DNA of 64,000 nucleotides from the human T2T-CHM13v2.0 reference genome, Homo sapiens: NCBI GenBank assembly GCA_009914755.4, contig CP086569.2, positions 8,736,001 to 8,800,000 of the forward strand, read 5' to 3'. Shown piece by piece: positions 52,991 to 64,000 of this stretch (position 1 is its first letter; each line of letters starts with the position of its first letter). The notes under the pieces were generated by a model. It saw only the letters and a program-made list of their open reading frames with translations, ran no database searches and was not told where the DNA came from. The position numbers and the translations under genes were made by a program.

Positions 52991-53263
52991 AGAGTCTCAC
53001 TGTGTCACTCAGGCTGGTGTGCAGTGGTGTGACCTCGGCTCACCACAACTTCTGCCCCCTGGGTTCAAGTGATTCTCCTGCCTCAGCCTCCTAAGTAGCT
53101 GGGAATACAGGCATCTGCCACCGCACTTGGCTAATTTTTGTATTTTTAGTTGAGGTGGGATTTCAGCATCTTGGTCAGGCTGGTGGTAAACTCCTGACAT
53201 CATGATCCACCCACCTCAGCCTCCCAAAGCACTGGGATTACAAACATAAAGTACCTCATCTGG
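52991..53263 (-). mobile_element. Alu SINE (minus)
   Basis: The sequence agagtctcactgtgtcactcaggctggtgtgcagtggtgtgacctcggctcaccacaac...cctcccaaagcactgggattacaaac. Confidence 0.9.
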
Positions 53264-53889
53264 CCACAGTTTGATATTGTTAAACCTTATTTGGAAATTA
53301 TTATATTTCCAATTTTTTTAGGAATTAAATTTGAAAGATTTGCATTTGCATTGAGTCACCTGATCTCTCTTACTTACACTCTCTTACTCTTTTTATTATG
53401 TGAGAATATATTTCTAAAATATGTGGCATTGGTGTTCAGATTGGCATTTTTCTGGTGGATTATAAAGTTTACTGATGGAACAGAATTTCTTATTCCTGGT
53501 TTTGACATTTTGTACTCATGTAATTTCTTTCTGTGAGGATTTTTTGCTGCATTCTGTAGGATTATGAGTAGCATTTCTGGCATCTTCGACTAAGTGTGAT
53601 AGTAAATTTTTTTTTCCATGGTGGAAATACGCAAGTATGTTTGTATCTTGTGGAAACAAAACTGATGCAATTTACTATTCTACAGAGTTCTAAAGAAGAA
53701 ATAAGAACTTGCTTTTAAAAATTTTGCGCAAATTTTACATGAAATCTCACTTTTCTCTAAGTCTTTGCTGTTCTAACATCCTGTAATTTTCTATCATCAT
53801 CATGTAAGTTAAGCCTATAATACTTTTCCTTTTGCAGGATAGTGTTAAAAACACAGGTTAAATGGATGTTGAAGAGCTGATATAAGAGG

Positions 53890-54710
53890 CCACATTTGGG
53901 TAAGAAAAGAGTTATTGGTCTTTATCTCAAAAAGCTCACCATCATGAATTATTAGGGAAATGCACAACTAAACTGCAATGAGACACCATCTGAGGCCAGT
54001 CAAAATGGTGATTACTAAAAAGCCAAGAAACAACAGATGATAGTGAGGCAGTGCAATGATAGGAATACTTTTATATTGTTGTTCAGAATGCAAATCAGTA
54101 CACACTGTGAAAAAGTGTGTGATGATTCATCAAGTATCTAGAACCAGAAATACCACTGGCCTCAGCAATTACATTACTGGATATATACTCTTCCAAAAAC
54201 AAGCTATTCTATTACAAGGATACATGCATATGTATGTTTACTACAGAACTATTCACAGTAACAAAAACGTGGAATTAACCCAAATGCCTATCAACGACAG
54301 CCTGAATAAAGAAAGCGTGGTACATATACACAATGAAATTATATGCAGCCATAAAAAGGAATGAAATTATGTCCTGTGAAGGGGCATGTATGAAGCAGGA
54401 AGCCAATATCCTCAGTAAGCTAACACGGAAACAAAACACACACACAAAAAAAACACTGCATGTTCACACTCATGCATGGGAACTGAACATTGAAGACACA
54501 TACACACAGGGAGGGAAAGAACACATACTTGGGTCTGCCAGGGGGGAAAAAAGAGACTCAGATAAATAACTAAATCATGCGGGGCTTACTACCTATATTA
54601 TGGGTTGATATGTGCAGTCAACAACCATGGCACGTGGTTAATTGTGAAATAAACCTGCATGTCCTGCATGTGTACCATGGAATTTAATATAAAATAAAAT
54701 TAAAAATAAG
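53890..54710 (+). mobile_element. L1 3' end (ORF2 C-terminus and 3' UTR), older subfamily
   Basis: Block gaaatgcacaactaaactgcaatgagacaccatctgaggccagtcaaaatggtgattactaaaaagccaagaaacaacag matches L1 [27 protein letters not shown]. The L1 3' UTR tail follows (catggcacgtggttaattgtgaaataaacctgcatgtcctgcatgtgtaccatggaatttaatataaaataaaattaaaaataag). Confidence 0.85.
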
Positions 54711-54774
54711 AAGGCTTTTATTTTTGTAGAGTTTATAGTAACTTTTAAATATGTGCCACACTTTACTGAAGACT

Positions 54775-54935
54775 TTTTTTTTTTTTTAAATATGGCGTCT
54801 CTCTCTGTTGCCAGACTGGAGTGAAGTGGTGCGATCTTGGCTCCCTGCAATCTCTGACCCCTGGGTTCAAGTGATTCTCCTGCCTCAGTTTCCTGAATAG
54901 CTTGAATTACTTGTGCATGGCACCACACCGAGCCT
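54775..54935 (-). mobile_element. Alu fragment (minus)
   Basis: The sequence gtctctctctgttgccagactggagtgaagtggtgcgatcttggctccctgcaatctctgacccctgggttcaagtgattctcctgcctcag. Confidence 0.8.
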
Positions 54936-55054
54936 TAAGATATTTTTTTAAAAATAATTACAAATCAGTTTTTGACAAACTGCATTGAAAAGTAAATAGT
55001 GTATTTCAATTCTTAGTTGATTGAATTTCTTCCCTTTTATTTTTAGAATGATAT

Positions 55055-55305
55055 CTCACACTGCCCCTTTGCCTGGAGTGCAGAGTGCAATCTTGGCACC
55101 CTGCAACCACCTGACTCACAGCTTCAAGTGATTTATCTTCCTCAGCCCCTTGATTAGCTGAGATTACTGGCGGACACAACCACAGCTGATGGGGTTTCCC
55201 CATATTCTACAGACTCTTCTCTAACTCCTGACCTCAAGTAATTTGCCTACCTTATTCTCAGAACATGCTGGGACTACAGATGTGAACCACCGTGCCTGGC
55301 ACTTG
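55055..55305 (-). mobile_element. Old Alu (AluJ-like, minus)
   Basis: The sequence ctggagtgcagagtgcaatcttggcaccctgcaacc...cctgacctcaagtaatttgcctacc...gctgggactacagatgtgaaccaccgtgcctggca. Confidence 0.8.
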
Positions 55306-57439
55306 ATTGAATTTATAATTGAGAAAAACATACATCTTGCAAAAATTTATTTTTATATCATATTTTTATGAGTTTATATATCTCATAATTCATGAAAAAT
55401 AATAAAGCTTTAATGCCTTTTTATATTTTAAATGAATTTATTTCCATTTTTATGTAATTAAAAGAGTAGGTTAATTTAGAATGTTATTTTTCTTTTGGGT
55501 AAATTTCTCAGGCTTTAGAAATTTCTTTAAAAATCTACTCTGGGAAAATAATTACATTTATTGATTTTACTTGGTTTTTTTTTAGGAATTGCTTATGTAA
55601 GAAAGTTCAAATTTGTTTCAAGATACAATGAGATGTTTAATTATGTCAAATAAACTTAAAATATTTTCTTTGAAAAGAATTTTTTTACCTATATTTTCTA
55701 CAAATAATACTGTGATTACTTTTTCTGACTTACTAGAAATTAATTGATTGTTTCATCTTCCCTGCATAAAAAGTTCACCTGCAATATTTAAGAAGTAAAC
55801 AACTGCCAGCCGAGCTGGCTGTTCCAGTCTGTCGCTCACCAAACACCATCAATTCTGGTTTTGAGCTACTTGTAACACCAGCTATTGGCTGTGTAAAAAA
55901 ATCTTAAAAAGACAGTAGACTGTTTGGCTGAAATATATTACACAGACAAAACAATAGCTAGTGAGTATTTTAAATTAAAGCTGCTTTTGTTCATTAATCA
56001 TAGTTTTGTGTGAAATTCTATTTTCTCATTTAGATAAAACCAACTCATGGTTTTTTGTCAACTATTTTAACATTCTGTAGCCATCAGGTACATAATTAAT
56101 ACAATTTTAGTCGGAGAGTACAATTTATTTAATATCTATTTATTTAATGCTCCCCTATAGTTGGCTTTGGTAACTTAACACAGTGAGTTGTTTGAATCAC
56201 ATGTGAAAAAATACTGAAACTTTAGAGTAATGAGGAATCAAATGTAATACTATAAAAAGTTTATATTTAAAATGTATGCATTAAAAAGTTTTTCATAACC
56301 CACAAATTGAAGTTGCTTAATGTTATTTTAGTTAAATTCTAAGAAAGTTATGGTTTAAAAATCATGATATGAGAAGAGAACATTTGAGTGCATTTTATTG
56401 CTTCTAAATACCACATCAGTCCCACAAAGAGGGTAGTAATGTTGAAATCTTACACAGAACTAAAACAAGTTTGAGGTAATGTAAGTAAATTAACAAAGAA
56501 TAACATAAAATTTAGTTTATTTCAAGAGAAAACTGAATGTTAAATATATAATTAACAGCAGCATTCAGTATAGACCTTTAATTAGTAAATGTGAAATTAT
56601 ATTTATATTTTTATCTGTGGGAGTATATTTTCTAGCACATTGTAGGATTTTCTAGCTAAACTCACTGCTTAAAAGGTCAGATCTTTATTTGTCTTGTGGG
56701 TTCTTTGTAGAGGAAAGAGTTTACTTTTGAAAAACACCTTTTTCTTAATTTATTTAACTATTGTATTGACATAGTAAATACATATTTTCAAAAGAGTTTT
56801 TTTAAACAAACACTGCTGTTGTTAAACTATTTAGCTAACAGTTTTATGGGGTTAAAATATATTTCCAAATACATAAGAGGATATGTACTGCAAATTATTA
56901 ACTTGCCACCAATATTATATTCCTGGTCCAGAGATTATGTCTGTATGTGCACTAATCCATGCATGTAACTATTTGTTTATTTTTTACACAAATGAAAATA
57001 TACAATATACAGCATTATTAACTTTGTTTTGTATTTAGTCAAACACCTGTCAGTATATGAAGATCTGTTTCATTCTGATTTGTAGCTACATAACTTGCCT
57101 TTCAATGTGCTCTAATTTATGCAATCCATCTCTAAGATGAATTGATGTGTAAGCTGTATTACCTTTTGCAGAAAGTAGGGAAGAATTTATAGTCCTTACA
57201 GTGATTTTAAATATGCAAGACAAAGAAATTATTGTTAGTTACTGAGGAATAAAGCAGATATTTATGTGAAGCTTACAGTTTTATGAGTCACAACAATAAC
57301 TTTAAATGAAGTGCTCAATTAAAAGTGAGAAAACCCTAATGTTTTATTTATATAAAGTTCTGATGACAATTAATTAAATACACTTATTTTAGGCCCAAAA
57401 GTTTTATAGTAAGTAAACTTGTAATGATTAAGGCTAAGT

Positions 57440-57941
57440 CCATGATTGTGTCCACACTCTGTATCTAGCTAATCTAGTGGGGATGTGGAGAACCTTTGTG
57501 TCTAGCTCAGGGATTATAAACCCACCAATCAGTGCCCTGTCAAAACAGACCACTGGGCTCTACCAGTCAGCAAGATGTGGGTGGGGCCAGATAAGAGAAT
57601 AAACTCAGGCTGCTGGAGCCAGCAGTGGCAACCTGCTCGGGTCCCCTTCCACACTGTGGAAGCTTTGTTCTTTCGCTCTTTGCAATAAGTCTTCCTACTG
57701 CTCACTCTTTTGGTCCACACTGCCTTTATGAGCTGTGACACTCACTGCCAAGGTCTGCATCTTCACTCCTGAGCCAGCGAGACCATGAACCCACCAGAAG
57801 TAAGAAAGTCCAAATACATCTGAACATCAGAAGGAACAAACTCTGGACACGCCGCCGTTAAGAACTGTCACACTCATCTCGAGGGTCCGCGGCTTCATTC
57901 TTGAAGTCAGTGAGACCAAGAACCCACCAATTCTGGACACA
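57440..57941 (+). mobile_element. HERV9 LTR12 fragment (3' portion: CCAAT repeats, R/U5), truncated
   Basis: The sequence runs tctagctaatctagtggggatgtggagaacctttgtgtctagctcagggattataaacccaccaatcagtgccctgtcaaaacagaccactgggctctaccagtcagcaagatgtgggtggggccagataagagaataaactcaggctgctggagccagcagtggcaacctgctcgggtcccc, then ...gagctgtgacactcactgccaaggtctgcatcttcactcctgagccagcgagaccatgaacccaccag, and ends ...cttgaagtcagtgagaccaagaacccaccaattctggacaca. It matches the LTR12 consensus as I recall it. Confidence 0.7.
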
Positions 57942-58444
57942 GGAGGGCCTCCATCTTCCAGACCCCAGAATAGTAGATCCACTGACAGCTTGAATTTTGT
58001 TCCTGGAGAAGCCACAGATACTGAATGCCAGCTGGTGGAAACAGTTGGGAGGAAGGCTGTACCCTGCAAAGCCTCATGGGTGCAGGTGCACAAGACCATG
58101 GGAACCCAGCTCTTGAAGATCATTCTGAAGCTTTAAGATTGTACTGCCTCCTTGGATTTTAGACTCGCATGGGGGCTGTAGCCCCTTTATTCCAGTCAGC
58201 TTCTCACATTTGGAATGGCTGTACTTTTCCAACGCCTGTACCCTACTGTATCTAAGAAGTAACAAACTTGCTATCAATTTTACAGGCTCATAGGGAGAAA
58301 GAACCTGCCTTGTCTCAGATGAGATATTGGACTTTGACTATTGAGTTAGTGCTGCAATGAGTTGAGGCATTGCAGGACTATTGGAAAAGCATGACTGGTT
58401 TTGAAATGTGAGGAAATGAGATTTGGGAGGGGCCAGGGTTGGAA
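57942..58444 (+). mobile_element. MaLR (THE1/MST) internal region, 3' part
   Basis: The sequence ccagaccccagaatagtagatccactgacagcttgaa...ggctgtaccctgcaaagcctcatgggtgcag...ctttaagattgtactgcctccttggattttagactcgcatgggggctgtagcccctttattccag...tgaggaaatgagatttgggaggggccagggttggaa matches the THE1-int 3' end. Confidence 0.75.
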
Positions 58445-58790
58445 TGATATGGTTTGACTGTGTCCCCACCCCACTTGAATTTTTACATGTGGTGGGAGGA
58501 ATGAGATGGGGAGTAATTGAATCATGGGGGCAGATGTTTTTTGTGCTGTTCTTGTGACAGTGAGTAAGTCTCATTATATATGATGGCTTGAAACATCAGT
58601 TTCCTTGCAGAAGCTCTCGCTTTGCCTGCTGCCATCTGTGTAAGATGTTAATTGCTCCTCTTTCCCTTCTATCATGATTCTGAGGCCTCCCCAGTCATGT
58701 GGAACTGTCAGTTCATTAAACCTCTCTTTCTTTTATAAATCGCCCAGTCTAGCATATGTCTTTAGCTTGAAAATGGACTAAGACAGTACA
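58445..58790 (+). mobile_element. MaLR 3' LTR (THE1/MST family)
   Basis: It begins tgatatggtttgactgtgtccccacc and continues ...gtaattgaatcatgggggcag...ctgccatctgtgtaagatg...catgattctgaggcctccccagtcatgtggaactgtcagttcattaaacctctctttcttttataaatcgcccagtct. This is the canonical MaLR LTR start (TGATATGGTTTGG.TGTGTCCCCACC) and body. Confidence 0.8.
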
Positions 58791-59036
58791 AATATCAGAT
58801 TGACTGATAAAGCTCTGTGACTTTAATTTCACAGTCAAGTCAAAGATGTAAATCAAATACAATTGTGTGTAGGTCTCTGAAAATTCTTATCAACCTTTTT
58901 CTAGTTCAGTAACACTTTATTAACATATTTTAACATAATGCTGAAAGAGTTGTTAAATCAAGTTATAATGTACTCTATACTTTTATAATTATTGCTAAGC
59001 TAAGACTACAGTCATTTTAATTGTTTTAAGAGACAA

Positions 59037-59465
59037 AGTCTCTATTGCTACAGCTGGAATGAATGCAGTGGTGCAATTATAGCTAACTGCGGCTTCAAAC
59101 GTATGGGCTCATGTTATCCTGCTGCCTTAGCCTCCCAATGAGCTGGGTCTACAGGAAGAGGACAGTAGGCTCAGCTAATTATTTAATTTGTTTATTTATT
59201 TTAATTTTTTTGTTAGAGACGGAATTTTGAAATGTTGCTGAGGCAGGCCTCAAAATCTAGGCTTAAGGTAATCCATCCACCTTGGCATCATATAGTGCTA
59301 AGTTTACTGGTGTGATCCACCATATCTAGCTAATTCTTAAAAACTTTTTGTAGAGATGGTACTTCACTATTTTGCCAAACCAGGTTACAAACACCTGCCC
59401 TCAAGGTTATTTTTGCCTTGACCTTTACTATTTTTGGAATTACAAATATAAGCCACAAAACCTGG
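59037..59465 (-). mobile_element. Degenerate Alu plus free left monomer (FLAM)-like fragments (minus)
   Basis: The sequences gctggaatgaatgcagtggtgcaattatagctaactgcggcttcaaac...cctgctgccttagcctcccaatgagctgg and tttttgtagagatggtacttcactattttgccaaaccaggtt. Confidence 0.7.
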
Positions 59466-60723
59466 TCTAAAAATGATCTACATTTTTAACTATAAGTTAA
59501 AATTTTATCTGGTAGAGATAAAGCTTCTTATGTAATGATAAAGTAGAACATGATGTGATACAAATTTATTGGTATGTGAGCCAATTTTTAAATAATAAAT
59601 GCACATTTAGATTAGAGATTTTTAAGTTTACTAAGAATTCTCTCACAATTACTACAAAAATGTTTATTGTGTATTTAAAATTTGAAATAATATTTTTATG
59701 GTTAGGAAAATGTAAAGCAGTATAATAGAGAACCAAACCAATTGTAAGAACTCTACGAATGAAATGCAAAGCCATGTACAAGTCACTGGCAGGACCACAA
59801 ACTATTTTTTTTGGTGTGAAATCCAGTGGTGATGTGGAATATACCAGCAATTTGTATACTAATCATAGTAATTTCTTGTGCTTTAGGCAGAAAAGTAATT
59901 CTACTCTTCAAATAAAAATACATATACAGTCAAAAACATTTGTATTTTCAAGCACTTTCTAAATAAAATTTTTGTTAGTTAACACTAATTCTTAGTGATT
60001 TACTTACCACTTCACTAACCCATACTGCAAACTAGTGCTTGAGTAGAAAGTAATAATTATTATTATAAATAATGCTCTTTTATATATCCATATATTAAGT
60101 ACCACTATTCTAATGTACAGATATATTACATTTTACACTTTAAATAACTAAACCAAAAAGAAACACTTTCACATAAATTAAGGCTAATGATTCGATAAGA
60201 AAAGGTAAATGAAGCCTAAAGAAAAAAAGTAAACACATGTTGATGCTTTGTAAGGAATCACGCAAGCCAAACACAAATTATTTTTTATTAGTAAGAAGCT
60301 AATCTAAAAGCTTACCTTGAGCAGGATTTAAATAAACACGATTAATGTAAATACTTTTATTCCATTATGGATAAATTTCACATTTTGTTTCTATACACTT
60401 CTCTCAATGGCTGGTGATGTAATGATGTGATGTGGTATTGCAAAAGTTAGTCATAATATATATCTTACCATCTCATCACCTTCATCTATCATGTCCATTT
60501 GCTTATTAAAAATAAGTACACAAGCATTTCACCATCTCTTCTCTCATCTCTATGACATGCACTTCAGTGTGTAATCAAATACATTTGTGTACTCTCCACC
60601 AAAACACTGACTTTTTAAATTTCTTTATCATCTTCTATTTTCAATTCTGTTACATCTCCATCATCAAATTTATACCAGTGATCTGAGTCATTGGCTACCA
60701 TCTTTGAATAATACAAGAATAAT

Positions 60724-61032
<309 letters not shown>

Positions 61033-61305
61033 TCCCACTACTTGCTTGATCAGCATTGCTACTGTGTAAGGTCCCATATCCAGGTCCCAGAGAAATTAAA
61101 AATAATCACTGAATATAATTGTACATTTTCCCAGACATATTAAAATTGTTTGAGTTGGCTGCAAAACCAAAAGGGAATATTTTAAATAGCAAGTGCTTTC
61201 CTGTGTTAACATACCATAAACAAAGAATATAAACAAATATTCTCTTGTTACCTGCGCAGACATTAAAACAATGTAATGAGAATTTTAAAGTTTATAATCT
61301 TTTGA

Positions 61306-61598
61306 GCTGGGCGCGGAGGCTCACTCCGGTAATCTCAGTAATTTGGAAGGCTAAGGCCGGCAGATCACGAGGTCAAGAGATTGAGGCCATCCTGGCCAAT
61401 GTGGTGAAACCCAGTCTCAACTAAAAAAAAAAAAAAAAAATTGCAGGGTATGGTTGTGCAAACGTGTAATCCCAGCTACTCAGGAGGCTGAGGCAGAATT
61501 GCTAGAACCTGAGAGCCAGAGGTTTCAGTGAGCTGAAATTGTGCCATTGCACTGCAGCCTGGGCAACAGAGCGAGACTCCGTCTCAAAAAAAATTATA
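61306..61598 (+). mobile_element. Alu SINE
   Basis: The sequence gctgggcgcggaggctcactccggtaatctcagtaatttggaaggctaaggccggcagatcacgaggtcaagagattgaggccatcctggccaatgtggtgaaacc...actgcagcctgggcaacagagcgagactccgtctc. Confidence 0.9.
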
Positions 61599-62265
61599 GT
61601 CTTTCTCATCTAGTTTATACAGACGAGTAAATGATAGTTAACACCAGCAGGGTAATTATGTCATAACTAACTTAAGCAATGCTTACTTACCAAAGCTTAA
61701 AATGTTTATATATAGTAATCCTTTGGCATCTGTAGGGGATTGGCTACAGGATCCCCATGATTACTATAATTTGTGTCTGCTCAAGTTTCTAATGAACAGT
61801 GGTGCAGTACGTAAATATAACATACACACATCCTTCTGTATAGTTTACTTATCTCTAAATAACTTAAATAATTAATAAAATGTAAATGTTAAGTAGACAA
61901 TTATATTGTAATTGCTTTTAAATTTGCTAGTTTTTATTGTATTGTTATTTTTTGTTTTTGGACATTTTAATACATGTTTAGAGAAATCTGTGTTTGCAGA
62001 ACCTGTGGATGTAAAAGGTCACTTATGTGTTGCAAATTGGAAAACATTACTGACACAGACCCTGATGGCTATGTGGTTCCATATAGCCACTACTATCTGT
62101 TTTATTCCTCTAATGCTTTCTTTTATGCTATTAATTAGAATTTGGTGTGAGTAAACTGAAGATATATGATAAGCAATAATAATAGCAGCTAATATTTATA
62201 GCACTTAAAGACCAGGTAATACACTAAGAGCTGCACACATATTAATAAATTTAATCCTCACTGTC

Positions 62266-62857
<592 letters not shown>

Positions 62858-63048
62858 AAAAGGAAAGGAAAGGAAAGGGAAAGGAAGGGAAGGGAGGGGA
62901 GGGGAGGGGAGGGGAGGGAAGGGAAGGGAAGGGAAAAGAAAGGAAAGGAAAGGAAAGGAAAGGAAAGGAAAGGAAAGGAAAGGAAAGGAAAGGAAAGGAA
63001 AGGAAAGGAAAGGAAAGGAAAGGGAAAGGAAAGGAAAAAAAAGTGGTA
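62858..63048. repeat. (GGAAA)n/(GGGAA)n/(GGGGA)n microsatellite, about 190 bp, derived from the Alu poly(A) tail
   Basis: The sequence cggaaaaggaaaggaaaggaaagggaaaggaagggaagggaggggaggggaggggaggggagggaagggaagggaagggaaaagaaaggaaaggaaagg, repeating. Confidence 0.95.
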
Positions 63049-63944
63049 GAAAGGGTAAAAATAAACTGTTCCAAGTCTCAGAGGTGTGAATAGAAGGAAG
63101 GATGACTTTATAAACAAACCACAATCTAAATGGCAGCTAAATTCAAAACAATGCAGAAAGCTTGGAGGTGAGAAGTTATGAAAGTGAAGAAAGACATATG
63201 TGTTACTTAACATATAACATCTTCAAGGACATTTTACCATTTCCTCTCCCAATCAATTTGTGCAGAGATAAAATCAGCTGGTTAGGCCTAGAGATTAAAA
63301 TCTGTTTGTGAAACTACAAGTGGGTGTTAAAATCTGTTGTAACCACATTAAGTTAAGAAACTTTTTTACTTCTGAGGTATCTACAGTAGAAAAAAAATGT
63401 TTTATTCTATTAACTCCTCATGATTCAATCACTAAATTGCAATTTATTTTAGAGTAGAGATGAAAACAATCTTTGAGATCCTTTTATATCTAAAATTATT
63501 CACCTAATAAGGCTGATTTTTTTCTAGTCAGTCACTGTATTTTGTCAATATTCTTTCCCTTTAAACCCGTTATCATCTTGATTACCTCTCTGATACCACT
63601 AAAACAGTAAAGAGAAAAGCAGTAAAGAAAAAGCAGATGTTAATTTTGAGGATAAGCACAAACAACTCTAATGTCTTCTGATTCTGTTCAATGACATCAT
63701 TATTTTTTTCAAAACTGAACAAAATATACTTTATATCACATTTTACAATAATATACATTTGCACCTTCATTTCATATACTGTTCCAAATAATCAAGAAGA
63801 TTTTTATGTTTGTTAACGTCCACATTCAAAGTTGTAAATGATTCTTCACATTTTACCAAAACATATTATTAAAGAAACAAATTCTAAAAATGTATTATTT
63901 ACATTATTTTCCCTGTATAGACAGTTTATTTGTTTGTTTATTTT

Positions 63945-64000
63945 ATTTTTTTTTTTGTTACCCAGGCTACAGTGCAGTGGCACAATTATAGTTCACTGTG
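63945..64000 (-). mobile_element. Alu SINE (minus), runs off the window end
   Basis: The sequence ttttttttttgttacccaggctacagtgcagtggcacaattatagttcactg. Confidence 0.85.

Overview
This window is primate (almost certainly human) nuclear DNA, not a prokaryotic or phage locus. Interspersed repeats fill most of it: about 20 Alu SINEs, three L1 fragments, endogenous retroviruses of three classes, one mitochondrial (NUMT) insert and one retrocopy pseudogene. I find no intact protein-coding gene, no rRNA, tRNA or ncRNA genes, no CRISPR array and no defence-island-like system. If the window holds anything new, it is the nested and duplicated retroelement architecture described below. All coordinates come from reading the sequence by eye and are approximate to about 10-30 bp unless a junction is quoted.

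Main structures:
1. A rearranged cluster of gammaretrovirus-like (ERV1) gag and pol remnants in several direct and inverted paralogous copies (about 0.1-6.7 kb, 10.8-15.4 kb, 21.5-24.3 kb, 26.6-28.8 kb and 31-32.9 kb).
2. A 6.06-kb betaretrovirus-like HERV-K-type provirus at 15401-21464 on the minus strand. It has both LTRs, a tRNA-Lys primer-binding site, a polypurine tract and a 6-bp target-site duplication (CAATCA). It sits inside one ERV1 pol copy, and the uninterrupted paralogous target site is visible at about 1436-1456.
3. A young L1PA insertion at 3748-5480 with a twin-priming 5' inversion and a 12-bp target-site duplication.
4. A 65-66 bp NUMT matching MT-CO1 at 12033-12098, absent from the paralogous copy.
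5. A CDY-family (chromodomain protein Y) processed pseudogene at 36238-37846 on the minus strand, which suggests a Y-chromosome ampliconic origin.
6. An ERVL-type provirus at about 44.8-51.5 kb on the minus strand with a tRNA-Leu-like primer-binding site, carrying a young AluY with a perfect target-site duplication.
7. A truncated HERV9 LTR12 fragment fused to a MaLR (THE1/MST) internal region and 3' LTR at 57.4-58.8 kb.
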